A stretch of DNA of 63,128 nt, filler included, from Octopus bimaculoides (GCF_001194135.2; 3 parts of 3 records of this genome joined end to end with filler, not necessarily neighbours in it); one strand, 5' to 3'; counted from the first letter of the whole stretch, positions 1-13,429 are shown. A program made the numbers and translations. The notes: generated by a model not told the origin, from the sequence alone.

Positions 1-480
1 CCTGCTTAACACAAACCTTTAACCCTTTTTTTAAACCTAACAAAACTCAACTCTCATGCATCCTTATTTTTCCTACCAATTTATACATGAACTACTATTG
101 AACTACAAAAGCTCAAAGACAATATAATGTATGGGTATATTTATTTTTTTATATATTATTGTTTTATATATTATTTTCTTCATTTTGTACTTTTTTGTAC
201 TTCTTTGTAAAAAAACATTTTCATTCTCCTTCTTGATAATTTGCTTCATCGCAATGAAAACCGGTTAGAATAAATCTTAATTAAATTATGCTCCCAGTTC
301 AGCATTCTGGCTTTTTTTACATTTTCCTATATATATATGAAGATTTATATACATATATAAAGAAAGATGGTATGCGAGAGCGTTGAATAGGAAGAGAGCA
401 AACGTGTAGTGAAAACGCGAGTCATAGAGGCTGTTATATACATAAAGCGAAACGTATAACAGTCTCTTCATGTGTTATAA
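1..480 (+). mobile_element. Possible 3' end (pseudo-LTR region) of a Penelope-like retroelement
   Basis: AT-rich tail with CTTGATAA..GAAAACCGGTT-AGAATAAA (232-274) and a GAAACGTA half-hammerhead at 449-456, resembling decayed PLE termini; no clear ORF. Confidence 0.3.
427..466 (+). ncRNA. Hammerhead half-motif (CUGANGA strand lost)
   Basis: GAGGCTGTTA (427-436) pairs with TAACAGTCTC (457-466), directly after GAAA-C-GUA (449-456); 12 nt TATACATAAAGC replace CUGANGA and stem II. Confidence 0.3.
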
Positions 481-1539
481 ATGTGGTTATTTGTTATTGC
501 TGGGTGCAGAGTCAGTTACGTACGTTATAAATGTGTATGCAAGAAAACGTGTGAAAAAATTCGTGAGACATTTCAATGAGTATAGTTGAAGTATATGTAT
601 TGTGTGTATATGTAGCTCAACGTTTTTGATACCACCCTATCTGAGACTACTTATGGTCCTATTGTACAAAACGTCATTTTTTTCTTTTTGATTGGTGTAA
701 ATTTCAATTTTTCTTTACAATTTCATAACAATTTAAGTTCCAAATATCAGTTTAATAATGACTAAATCTATTTAATAAATTCCTTCCTTCTTTTTATAAT
801 TTATGAAATAATTACTGCGTATTTCAACAAAAATATCTTAACAAAAAGTTTGAAGTAATCATTGAGAAATGAGTTTTGTACTAGGCAGCTAGTTGAGAAG
901 TAATTGGTTCACTTTCAGTAGTGGTATCACTTCGGAGACCGTTTGGAAAACAGGTGATTTCAAATTTGGCGTAGTGTATTTAAGTCAAGGGAGCTACGAT
1001 TTGAAGGGGTGTTAAAGATTTTAAACCTGACAGACTTAAGCACGGTGAAATGAAAAGTAAATTTCATGAATATGAGCTTAATATGAATACGAATCAAAAC
1101 TACTAGCTAGTTGAGTACTACGTCATCAATATTTGTACACAATATATTTGTTTACATATAGTGTGAACAGATATACACGGGCCTAATTGAGGAAATCACT
1201 AACGTTAACAAATCAAACTTAGTTAAATTAATAAATTAATAAAAATTAAACCATTATTGAATTAATACGTAATGTTTTTAACTTAAGATAACCAATCATT
1301 TAAAAAAAATATATTAATCACTGATTCCTAAGATACGTACTTAAAATACTTTTAAAGTACTTTTAACATTTATATAATACAGGTACCTGTAAATAAAACC
1401 TTAAGTTGATATTTATTTTATATTTTAAGATCAATACGATATCTACTAAGAATTAACTAATCTTTATTGTTATAATTGTTATTATGTTACTCCTGAGATA
1501 CCGCCTAAATTTACAGTCCTGGTAACTTTAACAATGTTT

Positions 1540-2800
1540 TTAATGGTAGTTTTTGAAAACATCTTTATATGCGTAAACACAGGTTATCCCACCTTCCCTC
1601 CTGGTGTTAAGGAATCTACATTTGTAATTTTAGATTTGGTTTAACACTTCTATACAAAGAAAGCAAAAGGCATTGCCAATTTTGTAGGAATTGGCCCTGT
1701 TTATTAACTCCCAGGCTACAGTAAAAATGTATTCTTTTCCTTTAAGTCCCAAATAAATTTACTAAGATTTGTATAAGACAACTTATTTTATTATTAGATC
1801 TATAAGTGTGAGTATCGATGCGCATTTTGATATAGTTTTGCGTAGAACCGACGTAAAAGGAATTCTTCCCTTCAGAATTTATTACAACTATACACTACGT
1901 TTTTTGGTTTACAATAATTATTAAACAAAGAGTTACTTCTATCTTAGCAATCACAATATATCTTTTCATTTCTATTCATATTACTAATAAGATTCTTATG
2001 ATTAGATTACGTGTGATTATCATTTACAGCTATACTTCTAATCTTCAGGTAGAGATGGGAGTTAAAGCGGGTTGTTTTCCCTTGTACATTACAAAAATTA
2101 TTTTTACATTTTTCCCTAATGTTATTTCCTAGAGTATTATTGTTGCATTTAGTCGGGTAATTTTTATTATATGAACTTGATAATTTCCTCTCGTTAAGGG
2201 AAGAAATAATCTGGAACATATTCTTAGAAACAGAAAAAGCTACTCGGAGAAAACTGGCACTCATTACATCATAATATCTCTTTCCTTTCGTAAAATTTTT
2301 AGAAAACATTTTATATAAAGGTCCAACTAAATTTTTTTAAATTTACTTAGCGAATGGAACAATGAGCCAAGTATTATTATTCTTATCAGAAGGTACATTA
2401 CAATATTTAAATTTTTCAATCTTATATCTTTACAGGGTGTGCTTTTTAATTCCGTTATTCCTATTACTAATTCATGAGCATTATCCGATGTAGGATGCAA
2501 TAAATTGGTTTTCATATTTTGCATATCAATTTTATCTATAGGACGCTTATTTCTTTTACCATCATATTTTCTGTCCTTACTTCTATTTCTATTTGGTTCC
2601 CTAAAATTATAGCGATCGTGAGTAAATCCATGATATTAGAGATACCGTGTTCGACATTTTGTGCATAATACTTGAACTTATGATTATACCCAGCTTTGTT
2701 GAGTACCATATTATAATACTTCGAATATATTGTATTAATATGTAGACATGTGTGCATATACACAGCGATTCAGGCATAAACAGAAATGAGTTTCTGGTTT
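1540..2800 (-). pseudogene. Penelope-like retroelement remnant (RT thumb, linker, GIY-YIG endonuclease)
   Basis: With stops and frameshifts the minus strand reads YYNMVLNKAGYNHKFKY, TWLIVPFAK (cf. IWFNPPFS), RVAFSVSKNMFQIISSLNERKL, CDC*DRSNSLFNNYCKPKNVVY, FYVGSTQNYIKMRIDTH, TNLSKFIWDLKEKN, AWELINRANSYKIGNAFCFLC, in PLE order. Confidence 0.85.
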
Positions 2801-3199
2801 CAAGCATATTTTTTTACTGTTTCATTTTTAGTCTGTTTTACCACCAAGGTTACTATATATTGAAATATTTCGTGAAGCTTTGATCATCTGTTAGTAGTTG
2901 GCGCCACTGTCGAATATTCTGGTATTCTCTACTCAGTATATCAGTTAACTGGTGGAATACATTCTACCCTACTGAAGGCATTATTACACACGGGATTAAA
3001 TGAAAATCAGTATCTGTGCAAGAATTCAGGTTCTTGAAGTTGATGATTAATTCCATCAACACCCGTAATTTCTGGCTTTTCAATTCGTGTTCTTTGTACT
3101 TTCGTTCAGTTACAGAGATAACATATACATAACATGCATAACAAGTATACATATATATGCATATATAACACGTGACTGACCAGGCTATCGGATGTTACA

Positions 3200-3411
3200 T
3201 ATCCTTCGTCGCAATGCGCTTTTGCGTTGGTTTATAGCCTTTAAATGACACTACTGCAATGGTAAGGCGAACAGGCCAACATTCCACCATGATCGTTAGT
3301 GGGGTCTGAGCAACGTGTAACGAAGTGTTTTGCTCAAGAAGACAACACACAGTCAATGAATCGAACCCATGGTCTAGCGATCGTAAGTGCAGCCACCTAA
3401 ACACTAGGCCA
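3200..3411 (-). mobile_element. SINE family C copy
   Basis: Reverse strand TGGCCTAGTGTTTAGG..GGGTTCGATTC head followed by TTCTTGAGCAAAACACTT, shared with 4880 and 57650 copies. Confidence 0.7.
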
Positions 3412-3573
3412 CATCTATCTGTCTGCCTGTCTGTCTGTCTGTCTTCTGCCTGTCTGTCTGTCTGTCCGTCTGTCTATCTATCTGTCTGTTTGTCTATCTT
3501 TATATATATATATGTGTGTGTATGCGCGCGCGCGTGTGTGCGTGCGTGCGTGCATGGTTGTGTGGGTGTGTGC

Positions 3574-3604
<31 letters not shown>

Positions 3605-3611
3605 TGCATGT

Positions 3612-3643
<32 letters not shown>

Positions 3644-3700
3644 TCGCATACTGACGGATACATACATACACACACATACATACATACATATATGTGGGGT
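3412..3700. repeat. Compound (TCTG)n/(GT)n/(CGTG)n/(CATA)n microsatellite
   Basis: Directly visible; source of overlapping spurious ORFs. Confidence 0.95.
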
Positions 3701-3772
3701 GCACTCAGTGAAACTGAACCCGAAACCACATAGTTGCAATACAAATTTCTTCACCACAGAACTTTGCTTGCA
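3700..3772 (-). mobile_element. Degenerate SINE family A head
   Basis: GTGGTGAAGAAATTTGT..GTGGTTTCGGGTTCAGTTTCACTG on the minus strand. Confidence 0.5.
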
Positions 3773-4434
3773 TATGTGTGTTTGTGTGTTTGTGTGTAAA
3801 GAGAGAAGGAGAGGGGGAAGAGATAAAGAAAGTGTCAGAGAATGTCGGAGAGAAAAAAGAGGGAGAGAGCGAGAGAGAATGGGAGAGATTCATACATACA
3901 TTCAAACCGAATAGTGTCCACACATAATACTCTCCTCACGTTTGATATATCACAGACGTATATAATTTCTCATAAATATGTACTGCGCAAATACACGCAC
4001 ACATATATGTCATAATAATACACACACATACACACACACACATTCAAACACTAACTTAGAGAAAATACAATATAGGGATGCATTTTATTATTTCGTCTTA
4101 GTAGTTTCCCTTTCGTTGACTCACCACCAACATCCCAACCCATACAACTATCATTCACGTCACCACCATCACCACCACTACCGCCATCATTAACACATAA
4201 ACCCTGAATATTCACAATTCTTCTATGCTCAGTCATGTCTTTCCCACAATTCTACTTCCGGTCCACTAGAATCAATGCTGATTGAAACACAGGTGACAGA
4301 GGGCGACACCGCCTTTCAATTATCAAAAGGCAAACCATACAGAATAGTAAATTGTATTTATATATTTCGTTTGTATTTTATCATATTCAGGCCCATTCGT
4401 GTCTTTGGTGCTTTTGCCGTTGTCAATGATGACG

Positions 4435-4471
4435 TAGTAGTAGTAGCAGTAGTAGTAGCAGTAGTAGTAGC

Positions 4472-4527
<56 letters not shown>

Positions 4528-4543
4528 TAGTAGTAGTAGTAGT
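4435..4543. repeat. (GTA)n microsatellite
   Basis: Directly visible. Confidence 0.95.
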
Positions 4544-4726
4544 TTCTTTCCGTTAACTCGTTCGAATATTAGCGACAGTTATAGATGTGTAATGTTTAAT
4601 TCCCAATGACTGCATGAATTATGCCCATGTGATCTATGTATGTGTGTGTGTGTGTGTAAAACTGCATGTGTTTTATACACACACACACACACACATACAC
4701 AAATACATATATATATACATATATAC

Positions 4727-4775
<49 letters not shown>

Positions 4776-4879
4776 TACATAAATACGCACACATATTTGT
4801 GCATATACCTGCGTGTGGGTGTGCGTGCATGTATGTATGTTTGTGTGTGTGTGTGTGTGTGTAGGTACATAACCTAACG

Positions 4880-5140
4880 ATTAGGGTGTTGCACTCACGA
4901 TTTCAAGATCGTGGCTCCGATCCCAGGTCGAGCGGTGCATAATGTTTTTGAGCAAATCAGTTCAATTCAAGTTGTTTAGCGATCATTTCAGTATCTGACA
5001 CGTGACACACCGCACACTTGCATATGGAGCGTACGAATGTACAACACAAATGCTTGTTCACTATAAAACAAATCATCTAGGCAGTTTCTTCAGTAAGAAT
5101 TTGCGAAACCCTCATCTACAGTTTGCGACATGAGAGTCTA
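4880..5140 (+). mobile_element. SINE family C copy
   Basis: TTAGGGTGTTGCACTCACGAT..TTTTGAGCAAA head and core similar to 3200-3411 and 57650-57858. Confidence 0.6.
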
Positions 5141-6559
5141 CCATATAAAGCAGACTCTTGACCCCTTTCTCGTTGAAATACTTTACAACAACTAGCTTAT
5201 TTATAGCTTTACGGTCGAAGGGGTCATAACTCTAATTCACTTTTTATGTTTGAATTTTTGTTTTCTTTTTCCGTTTTATTCATCCTTCTACTTTTTGCAC
5301 CTATCGTTTTCTGGTTCTGTTTTTTCTCGTGATTTCTCTTGCATCAGTGTCGGGATTTGCAAATCGAATAGACCATATGCATAGAGTGTATAGACCGCTT
5401 GGAGACACAAGGCGTGTATGAAATCCTGCCTAGGCCTGCCTCTCCAACGAAGAAAATTAGTAGCTCATATCTTTATACTCTGTATATTAAGCGATATATA
5501 TATATATATAAAACAAATGTCAAGAACAGTAGTGGTTTATTTGCGTCGTTTATAGAAGGCTGTGAATCCTTCTCATATCGAAGTTCGGTATGTGTATGCG
5601 TATATATATATATACATATATATATATATANNNNNNNNNNNNNNNNNNNNNNNNNNNNNNNNNNNNNNNNNNNNNNNNNNNNNNNNNNNNNNNNNNNNNN
5701 NNNNNNNNNNNNNNNNNNNNNNNNNNNNNNNNNNNNNNNNNNNNNNNNNNNNNNNNNNNNNNNNNNNNNNNNNNNNNNNNNNNNNNNNNNNNNNNNNNNN
5801 NNNNNNNNNNNNNNNNNNNNNNNNNNNNNNNNTATGTATGTATGTATATACATATATATAAAGGAATACAAAAAAATGGGACAAGAACGAAAAACATCCA
5901 GACAGTTGGATGATATAAAAAAGGGACAAGAAATTTTCTTTCCTCAGTCGAGTTCCAGATTTTCATTGCAATGTCTGCTACTTATACTCGAAATTGCTCC
6001 AATCTGGCCAGTCCAAAGGAAAAAACTAATCTAAGAGCACTAGGTTCCTTGGAAGAAAGCAGTGAATGTATCCGAAAACAAGGACGAAAAAAAACCCGGA
6101 GAAATACTACACAAATGTAAATGCAAATAACAGGACATTAGCAAGAGGTGTCTTTCGACTAAGGACAAATTAAATTAAGCTGGCGTACGTGGAAGGGGCA
6201 TAAGAAATGATAGGCATGGGGAGGAATATAGATGTTGCACGGATTATAGTCGAACCAAGAAAGAAAGATCAGGCTTGGCCGAACACTGGTCACCTGGAGA
6301 GAGAGAGGAGAGGTAGAGGCAGAGGGATAGAAGATTTAGGGAGGGACGAGATAAAAGAAAAGGGACAGAGTGAAGTGAAAGAGGTGGGAAGGTGAGAATG
6401 AAGAGAAAGCCAGGAAATGTGAGAGAGGGAGAATGAAAAAGAAGAATGAAAGAACGAACTGTGAAGGGGTTGATAGAAAGAAAGAAAGAATGAAAGAAGA
6501 AGAGAGCCGTTCAAAATTTATATATATATATATATACATATAACAGTAACATTTTTCAG

Positions 6560-6900
6560 GCCCAGTATCACAGTACCAACAGTGTCTCCCTCATTTAGTA
6601 ATCCTTCACTACCTTCCCTTCTTGCAGATACAGTCATTCGCTATTACTTTTAGGATGGAGTGCGTTGTACATTATTAGCAGCTTTCTGGTACTCCTAGCT
6701 AAATACTGTAACTCGATTTTTTTTTCCATTTCAGAAAGGAGGCAGAGTACCTCAATACTGGCATTACCCTTTTACTTACGTCTTTAATGGTGTTTCCTCT
6801 ATTTAATTTTGTTTCGAGAAACATTCTAATCCTACTTTTGAACTCTTTAGTGACGTTCTTACTCATTTCTCTTTCAATTATCTTATCGTCTTGCGGCTCT
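6560..6900 (-). pseudogene. R4/Dong-clade non-LTR retrotransposon RT C-terminal fragment
   Basis: KEFKSRIRMFLETKLNRGNTIKDVSKRVMPVLRYSASFLKW / ELQYLARSTRKLLIMYNALHPKSNSE*LYL / RREGSEGLL matches the R4/Dong pattern KLNGGN..LRYS..TRKL..LHPKS..RLY..R.EGGRGL. Confidence 0.8.
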
Positions 6901-7949
6901 TATTATTAGTCTAATTACTAAGGTAGTTATACTGGGATTTTTCTCGGTCATGATATATGTTATGTGTAACTATGAAAGTGCACATCGACTGAATATGCAT
7001 AGCGCGAATTTCTACCGAATACTTTTTTCACTTTTATTAAAAATACAAATGGAAAGACATTGCCTCAATTACTATTATAACTATGAATTAGTGAAAAACA
7101 TCTAAGAGTGTTGGTTTTGATGGATTGGCGCCCTATACATGCATAAAGGTCATTCTATCTTATAATATTCTCTCTAGGTATGTTATTATACATTTTATAT
7201 TTTGAAATTTTTTCGATGTCTTTTTTTTTTCATTATGGATACACAAAAGTACATAACTGATAATATTACTAAAGTATGTTACAGGCAGTTGTGATTTTCA
7301 CTCTTAAGCCAAGAAATTTAATACTGGTCTTAGTTATATTCGGTCACGATGCTATGATCACAGTAGATATTATCAATCAAATACACTGCCTCAGTGATCA
7401 CACTGCTCACTCTGGTACTCTTAATGCTAATAATACTGCTGAAGCTATGATCAGTGACTTTGGTCAATTATCCTTTTGGCAGCTCATAGCATATAGACAA
7501 CGTACTCGATGTTTTATCTGCATATTTAATTGCAGTCGGTATGCAGCGTTGTAAAATGTTAAAGTGTTACAAATACCTTAGAGATTATTTGGTGAGAGAT
7601 ATGCAAGCAGCATAAAACAGAAGAAATAAATCTGAAAAAGTTTGGAAATATGAAAGAAGAGAGCATGAAATTACTAGGAAATCTTTGTAAAACCGGACCG
7701 ATTTTCAAGTCTATAAGACCTGTGTCCGCGTCTGCAGAAAAAAAATAACGAATCGATAATTTTTCAAATTCATATGTAAGGACGATGGATTAAAATACTT
7801 CAGTACAAAAGATTAAGCAATTTTTTACATGGAATTTAGAGATTGTATTATCAAATGATTTCAGTTTTGAATGACGTTGAAACTGGGCCAACATTACAGC
7901 TCTGTATAAGATTACAACCCTTCATATTCATTCGATTTGCTAGATAAAG

Positions 7950-8460
7950 TAGCTAATTTCCATAAAAGTTGCAACCTGCTGTCTTAGGTATACTACGTCT
8001 GAAAAAGAGAAATCTCGGTGAAAGTGTATTGGGGCTGGATTACTCTTGGTTATAGTAGGTCTCTAAGCACTAATGCACAAATTAGTGCAATATAACAACA
8101 ATAAAAAAAATAATGGTTCTGTATTTAATCAGGAATTCAACCAGGGCTTTTAATTGTTGTATGTAGAAAACTGTGTATCGATAGCTAATAAAATGCGAAT
8201 TTATACCTCGGAAAATGAACAATTAAGTAAAGAGATTATTGATATGTTTCTAACGACAGCGCAACACAGAATTTGTGCAACATTGAATAAGGAAGTGTAC
8301 AAAGGTACCAAGTGAAATGAGCAATCTTGTGAAAAATGCAGCTTCAGTCAGGAAAAGGGGCTTCTACAACGAGTTAAACGTGCTATTTTACTTAGAGTAA
8401 CGTGCAAGAGTGTCTATGGAAATATGAAACCGTACCTTGGGAACTACGGAACTGTCTGTA
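7950..8460 (+). pseudogene. Possible XPG/H3TH-bearing DNA transposon remnant (Academ-like)
   Basis: PAVLG-(CD deleted)-TTS and CATLNKEVYK..SCEK..LLQRVKRAILL..PYLGNYG resemble HA.TGCDTTS and L.QH.KRA..W..P..GW motifs; heavily decayed. Confidence 0.3.
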
Positions 8461-9521
8461 ATTATCTTTACACTATAGTAACTACTTACTGCTAGAGGGT
8501 GATAGGAACTGACAACATAACTGGTGGGTATTCAATGCACAAATTACATTTTGTAACGAATCACAGGCACTAGCATATATGTGTATATATATATGTATAC
8601 ACACAGAGAAACGCACGCACACATACTCACACACAGAGACAAACTTACACACACATGCATACATATATATATATATGTGTGTATTCATGCATGTATATAT
8701 ATATATATACGTACATAGGCACGAGCGTATATATTCAGATATGTTTGTATTCGTGCGTGTGTAAAATATATATATACACACACATATATAATAAATATGT
8801 GTGTAGTCACACGTATGTAGGTACATATATGTATGCGTATACATACATGCATCTATACACCCACTTCCCCCCAACAAAAGCATCTATTTATGTATGCACA
8901 AACGTGTAGCTGGATCAAATATATTATATGGTCGAATATGCAGATGAAAATTGCATCAAAGCCAATTTTTCAAGCTTCTGCTTGCTCCCACTCTCTATCT
9001 CACATACTACACCCCACTTCCTTCCCTTCTCTCTTTCATTCTCTCCCATCCTCTCCCTCTTTTTATACGTATGTATATATATATATATCTCTAAAACACT
9101 TTCATTTAAAACTATCCACACGTGCTGCCTCACACATAGACCCATATAGATAACGCCATCACGAACATAACTACCACCAACACCAGCTACGTCATCACCA
9201 CCCACAAAACTATAACATATACCTTCTAATATAAATACTTCAAATAAAAAAAAATGTCTTAATTGTCTCCCGTATAGACAGTCTTAGTTTTTAAAGTGTA
9301 ACGCATCAAAGATGCAAAGCTGAGCACAAAAGGACAATTAAGATATAAAACTTTTATTATACAGCTTCAATACTCTTTCATTCTTATCCCTATGTCACAG
9401 TTTCACTCTTATTTTTCACCAGTTTTGATTGTGATGTATGATAATTACATAATCATAAGAATACTAATAAGCTTAACGTTTCTTTAAAAGAATCATGTTG
9501 CGTTCGTGTGTATGTTTTATA

Positions 9522-9557
<36 letters not shown>

Positions 9558-10109
9558 NNNNNNNNNNNNNNNNNNNNNNNNNNNNNNNNNNNNNNNNNNN
9601 NNNNNNNNNNNNNNNNNNNNNNNNNNNNNNNNNNNNNNNNNNNNNNNNNNNNNNNNNNNNNNNNNNNNNNNNNNNNNNNNNNNNNNNNNNNNNNNNNNNN
9701 NNNNNNNNNNNNNNNNNNNNNNNNNNNNNNNNNNNNNNNNNNNNNNNNNNNNNNNNNNNNNNNNNNNNNNNNNNNNNNNNNNNNNNNNNNNNNNNNNNNN
9801 NNNNNNNNNNNNNNNNNNNNNNNNNNNNNNNNNNNNNNNNNNNNNNNNNNNNNNNNNNNNNNNNNNNNNNNNNNNNNNNNNNNNNNNNNNNNNNNNNNNN
9901 NNNNNNNNNNNNNNNNNNNNNNNNNNNNNNNNNNNNNNNNNNNNNNNNNNNNNNNNNNNNNNNNNNNNNNNNNNNNNNNNNNNNNNNNNNNNNNNNNNNN
10001 NNNNNNNNNNNNNNNNNNNNNNNNNNNNNNNNNNNNNNNNNNNNNNNNNNNNNNNNNNNNNNNNNNNNNNNNNNNNNNNNNNNNNNNNNNNNNNNNNNNN
10101 NNNNNNNNN

Positions 10110-10167
<58 letters not shown>

Positions 10168-10269
10168 TAAGTGTGCGTATATGTGTGTACCAGTGTATTT
10201 GTGTTCGTATGGGTTGATATATGTTTGTGCGTCAGTGCTTAATGTGAATATGTGCGTATATGTACGTTC

Positions 10270-10421
10270 GGGCTATTTTATTTGTTTCGGAACAATAACA
10301 ACTCCAAACAACTCCGCGGAAACTACACCAACACCACGACTAGCAGCATCATCACCATCAACATCATAAACAACAAAAACAACCACAATAATAATAGCAG
10401 CAACCGCAGCAGCATCAGCAA

Positions 10422-10457
<36 letters not shown>

Positions 10458-10811
10458 CAGCAATTCAGTTACCACAAAGAACAACCTTATAAAGACACAA
10501 CTAAAAGCCTAGCTCTTTAAACACTATGAAATCTTTCATAATACGTAATAAAACTTTCGACTTAAAAGGAGTATCCCCTCATGGCAACCCCCTTCATCCA
10601 ATATCTTTGAGATAAATACCTTCTTTAAGGCACCACAAAAACATCATTCTCTGATCACCGACGCTGCCTCCACTAACTACCTCTCCATCTCTTCTTACAG
10701 CTAGTGCCAAATACACACCTATCAACTGTTAGCACACCTACCGACATATTAGCCAACACAGAGGAAGCAAAAACAAAAACAACAACAGCAGCAACAACAA
10801 CAAGAACAGCA

Positions 10812-10863
<52 letters not shown>

Positions 10864-10884
10864 ACAATAATAATAATAATAATG

Positions 10885-10950
<66 letters not shown>

Positions 10951-10952
10951 TT
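10270..10952. repeat. Compound (CAA/CAG/CTA/AAT)n trinucleotide arrays
   Basis: Directly visible. Confidence 0.9.
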
Positions 10953-11478
10953 AACCCTTTGTACTATAAGCACAAGGACCGAAATTTGGGCGATGTGGGC
11001 AGTCGATTACATCGACCCCAATACTTAAATGGTACTTAATTTATCGACCTCGAAAGGGATGAATTGCAAAATGGACCTCGGTGGAATCTGAACTCACAAC
11101 GTAAAGAGGGACGAAGTGCCGCTAAGAATTTTACCCGCGTCGATAACGATTCTACTAGCTTTCTGCTTTATAATGATTCTTCTTACAATAGGCACAAAGG
11201 GCTGAAATTTGAGGCGAGAGGGCTAGAGGATTATTTCAACCTCAGTGCGGAACTCGTACTTAATTTATCAACCTTGAAGCGGTGAAAGGCAAAGTCGACC
11301 TCGGCGGAATTCGAACTCAGAACGTAATAACGGACGAAAAAAACCACTACGCATTTCGCCTTGAGTGCTAATGATTCAGCCAGCTGGCCGCCCCAACTAT
11401 AAAAATAATTATCATTTCAAATTTTTGTTATAAGAGCAGCTTGTGGGATGTGGGGATGAGTCGATTACATCCACCCCA
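10953..11478 (-). mobile_element. SINE family B cluster (two full copies and one 3' fragment, head-to-tail)
   Basis: Copies at ~10953-11170, 11175-11393 and 11410-11478; A-box-like TGGCTGAATCATT, B-box-like GAGTTCGAATTCC, core GTCGACTTTGCCTTTCA. Confidence 0.85.
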
Positions 11479-11541
11479 AGCATGGTTATCAAATATAACT
11501 TCTTAGATTCTAGTATACATTCATATATACACATTCTCATA

Positions 11542-11567
11542 TCTATATATATAAAAATGAGAATGTG

Positions 11568-11618
<51 letters not shown>

Positions 11619-13075
11619 GTGAATCCCTAAAACTCGAGAACTACGCAACCAATTTCATTCAAATTTTACACATGCCTTACTTAGGGTTCCAGTTGTGTTT
11701 TAGTAAAAAAAATTATTAACTTCTTGCAGAGTTCGAGCACACGGCAACATAATATCTCCTCCACTATTTAAGTATTACGTGTCAAAAGTGAAACAAAAAC
11801 ACTCATGTCAAATACTTTCACTTTAAAAATGAAACTATTCCACTAACTGAAGCAATCACATTTCGATACTGTAGTGACAGATACTTTCACAGAGAGAGAA
11901 AGAGAGAAAGNNNNNNNNNNNNNNNNNNNNNNNNNNNNNNNNNNNNNNNNNNNNNNNNNNNNNNNNNNNNNNNNNNNNNNNNNNNNNNNNNNNNNNNNNN
12001 NNNNNNNNNNNNNNNNNNNNNNNNNNNNNNNNNNNNNNNNNNNNNNNNNNNNNNNNNNNNNNNNNNNNNNNNNNNNNNNNNNNNNNNNNNNNNNNNNNNN
12101 NNNNNNNNNNNNNNNNNNNNNNNNNNNNNNNNNNNNNNNNNNNNNNNNNNNNNNNNNNNNNNNNNNNNNNNNNNNNNNNNNNNNNNNNNNNNNNNNNNNN
12201 NNNNNNNNNNNNNNNNNNNNNNNNNNNNNNNNNNNNNNNNNNNNNNNNNNNNNNNNNNNNNNNNNNNNNNNNNNNNNNNNNNNNNNNNNNNNNNNNNNNN
12301 NNNNNNNNNNNNNNNNNNNNNNNNNNNNNNNNNNNNNNNNNNNNNNNNNNNNNNNNNNNNNNNNNNNNNNNNNNNNNNNNNNNNNNNNNNNNNNNNNNNN
12401 NNNNNNNNNNNNNNNNNNNNNNNNNNNNNNNNNNNNNNNNNNNNNNNNNNNNNNNNNNNNNNNNNNNNNNNNNNNNNNNNNNNNNNNNNNNNNNNNNNNN
12501 NNNNNNNNNNNNNNNNNNNNNNNNNNNNNNNNNNNNNNNNNNNNNNNNNNNNNNNNNNNNNNNNNNNNNNNNNNNNNNNNNNNNNNNNNNNNNNNNNNNN
12601 NNNNNNNNNNNNNNNNNNNNNNNNNNNNNNNNNNNNNNNNNNNNNNNNNNNNNNNNNNNNNNNNNNNNNNNNNNNNNNNNNNNNNNNNNNNNNNNNNNNN
12701 NNNNNNNNNNNNNNNNNNNNNNNNNNNNNNNNNNNNNNNNNNNNNNNNNNNNNNNNNNNNNNNNNNNNNNNNNNNNNNNNNNNNNNNNNNNNNNNNNNNN
12801 NNNNNNNNNNNNNNNNNNNNNNNNNNNNNNNNNNNNNNNNNNNNNNNNNNNNNNNNNNNNNNNNNNNNNNNNNNNNNNNNNNNNNNNNNNNNNNNNNCTT
12901 CTTTTACGAAACTTCATTGACTTTCATATATTTATATTGATATACATATATATACGTGTGTTTGGGTGCGTGTGTGTATATACATCTCTATATATAAAGA
13001 TGATGCGTAGTCTAGACGGCGTTTTTAGATATCATTATTCTCTTTAACCCGGGCAACGCCGGGTATTTCTGCTAG
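11542..13075 (+). mobile_element. Non-autonomous Helitron (spans a gap)
   Basis: 5' A|TCTATATATATAAA at 11542; 3' hairpin ACCCGG-GCAACG-CCGGGT (13047-13064) followed by CTAG|T at 13072-13075; no TSD. Confidence 0.72.
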
Positions 13076-13112
<37 letters not shown>

Positions 13113-13209
13113 GGGGGGGAGAGAGGGGGAGAGAGAGAAGGAGAGAGAGAGAGAGGGAGATAGAGAGAGACAGACAGACAGTCATACAGACAGACATAGA
13201 TATATATAC

Positions 13210-13241
<32 letters not shown>

Positions 13242-13429
13242 TGATGAGTATACATGCAGCCACACACAAACATACATACCCACTCATATTTATACTTGTG
13301 AATGTAGGCACGTTTAGGTTGTATTTGGAAGTGTATATGTATATATGTGCATGCATACACGCACAGGTATATATATACATACATACATAGATACAATCAT
13401 ATACATGCATATATACTTCACATACAGCT

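Noticed and set aside
228-275. CTTGATAA..GAAAACCGGTT as a hammerhead
   Set aside because: Core too degenerate and stem I not adjacent; kept only as weak PLE-terminus evidence
5399-5470. GVYEI as a GIY motif
   Set aside because: No following YIG or other PLE motif could be read
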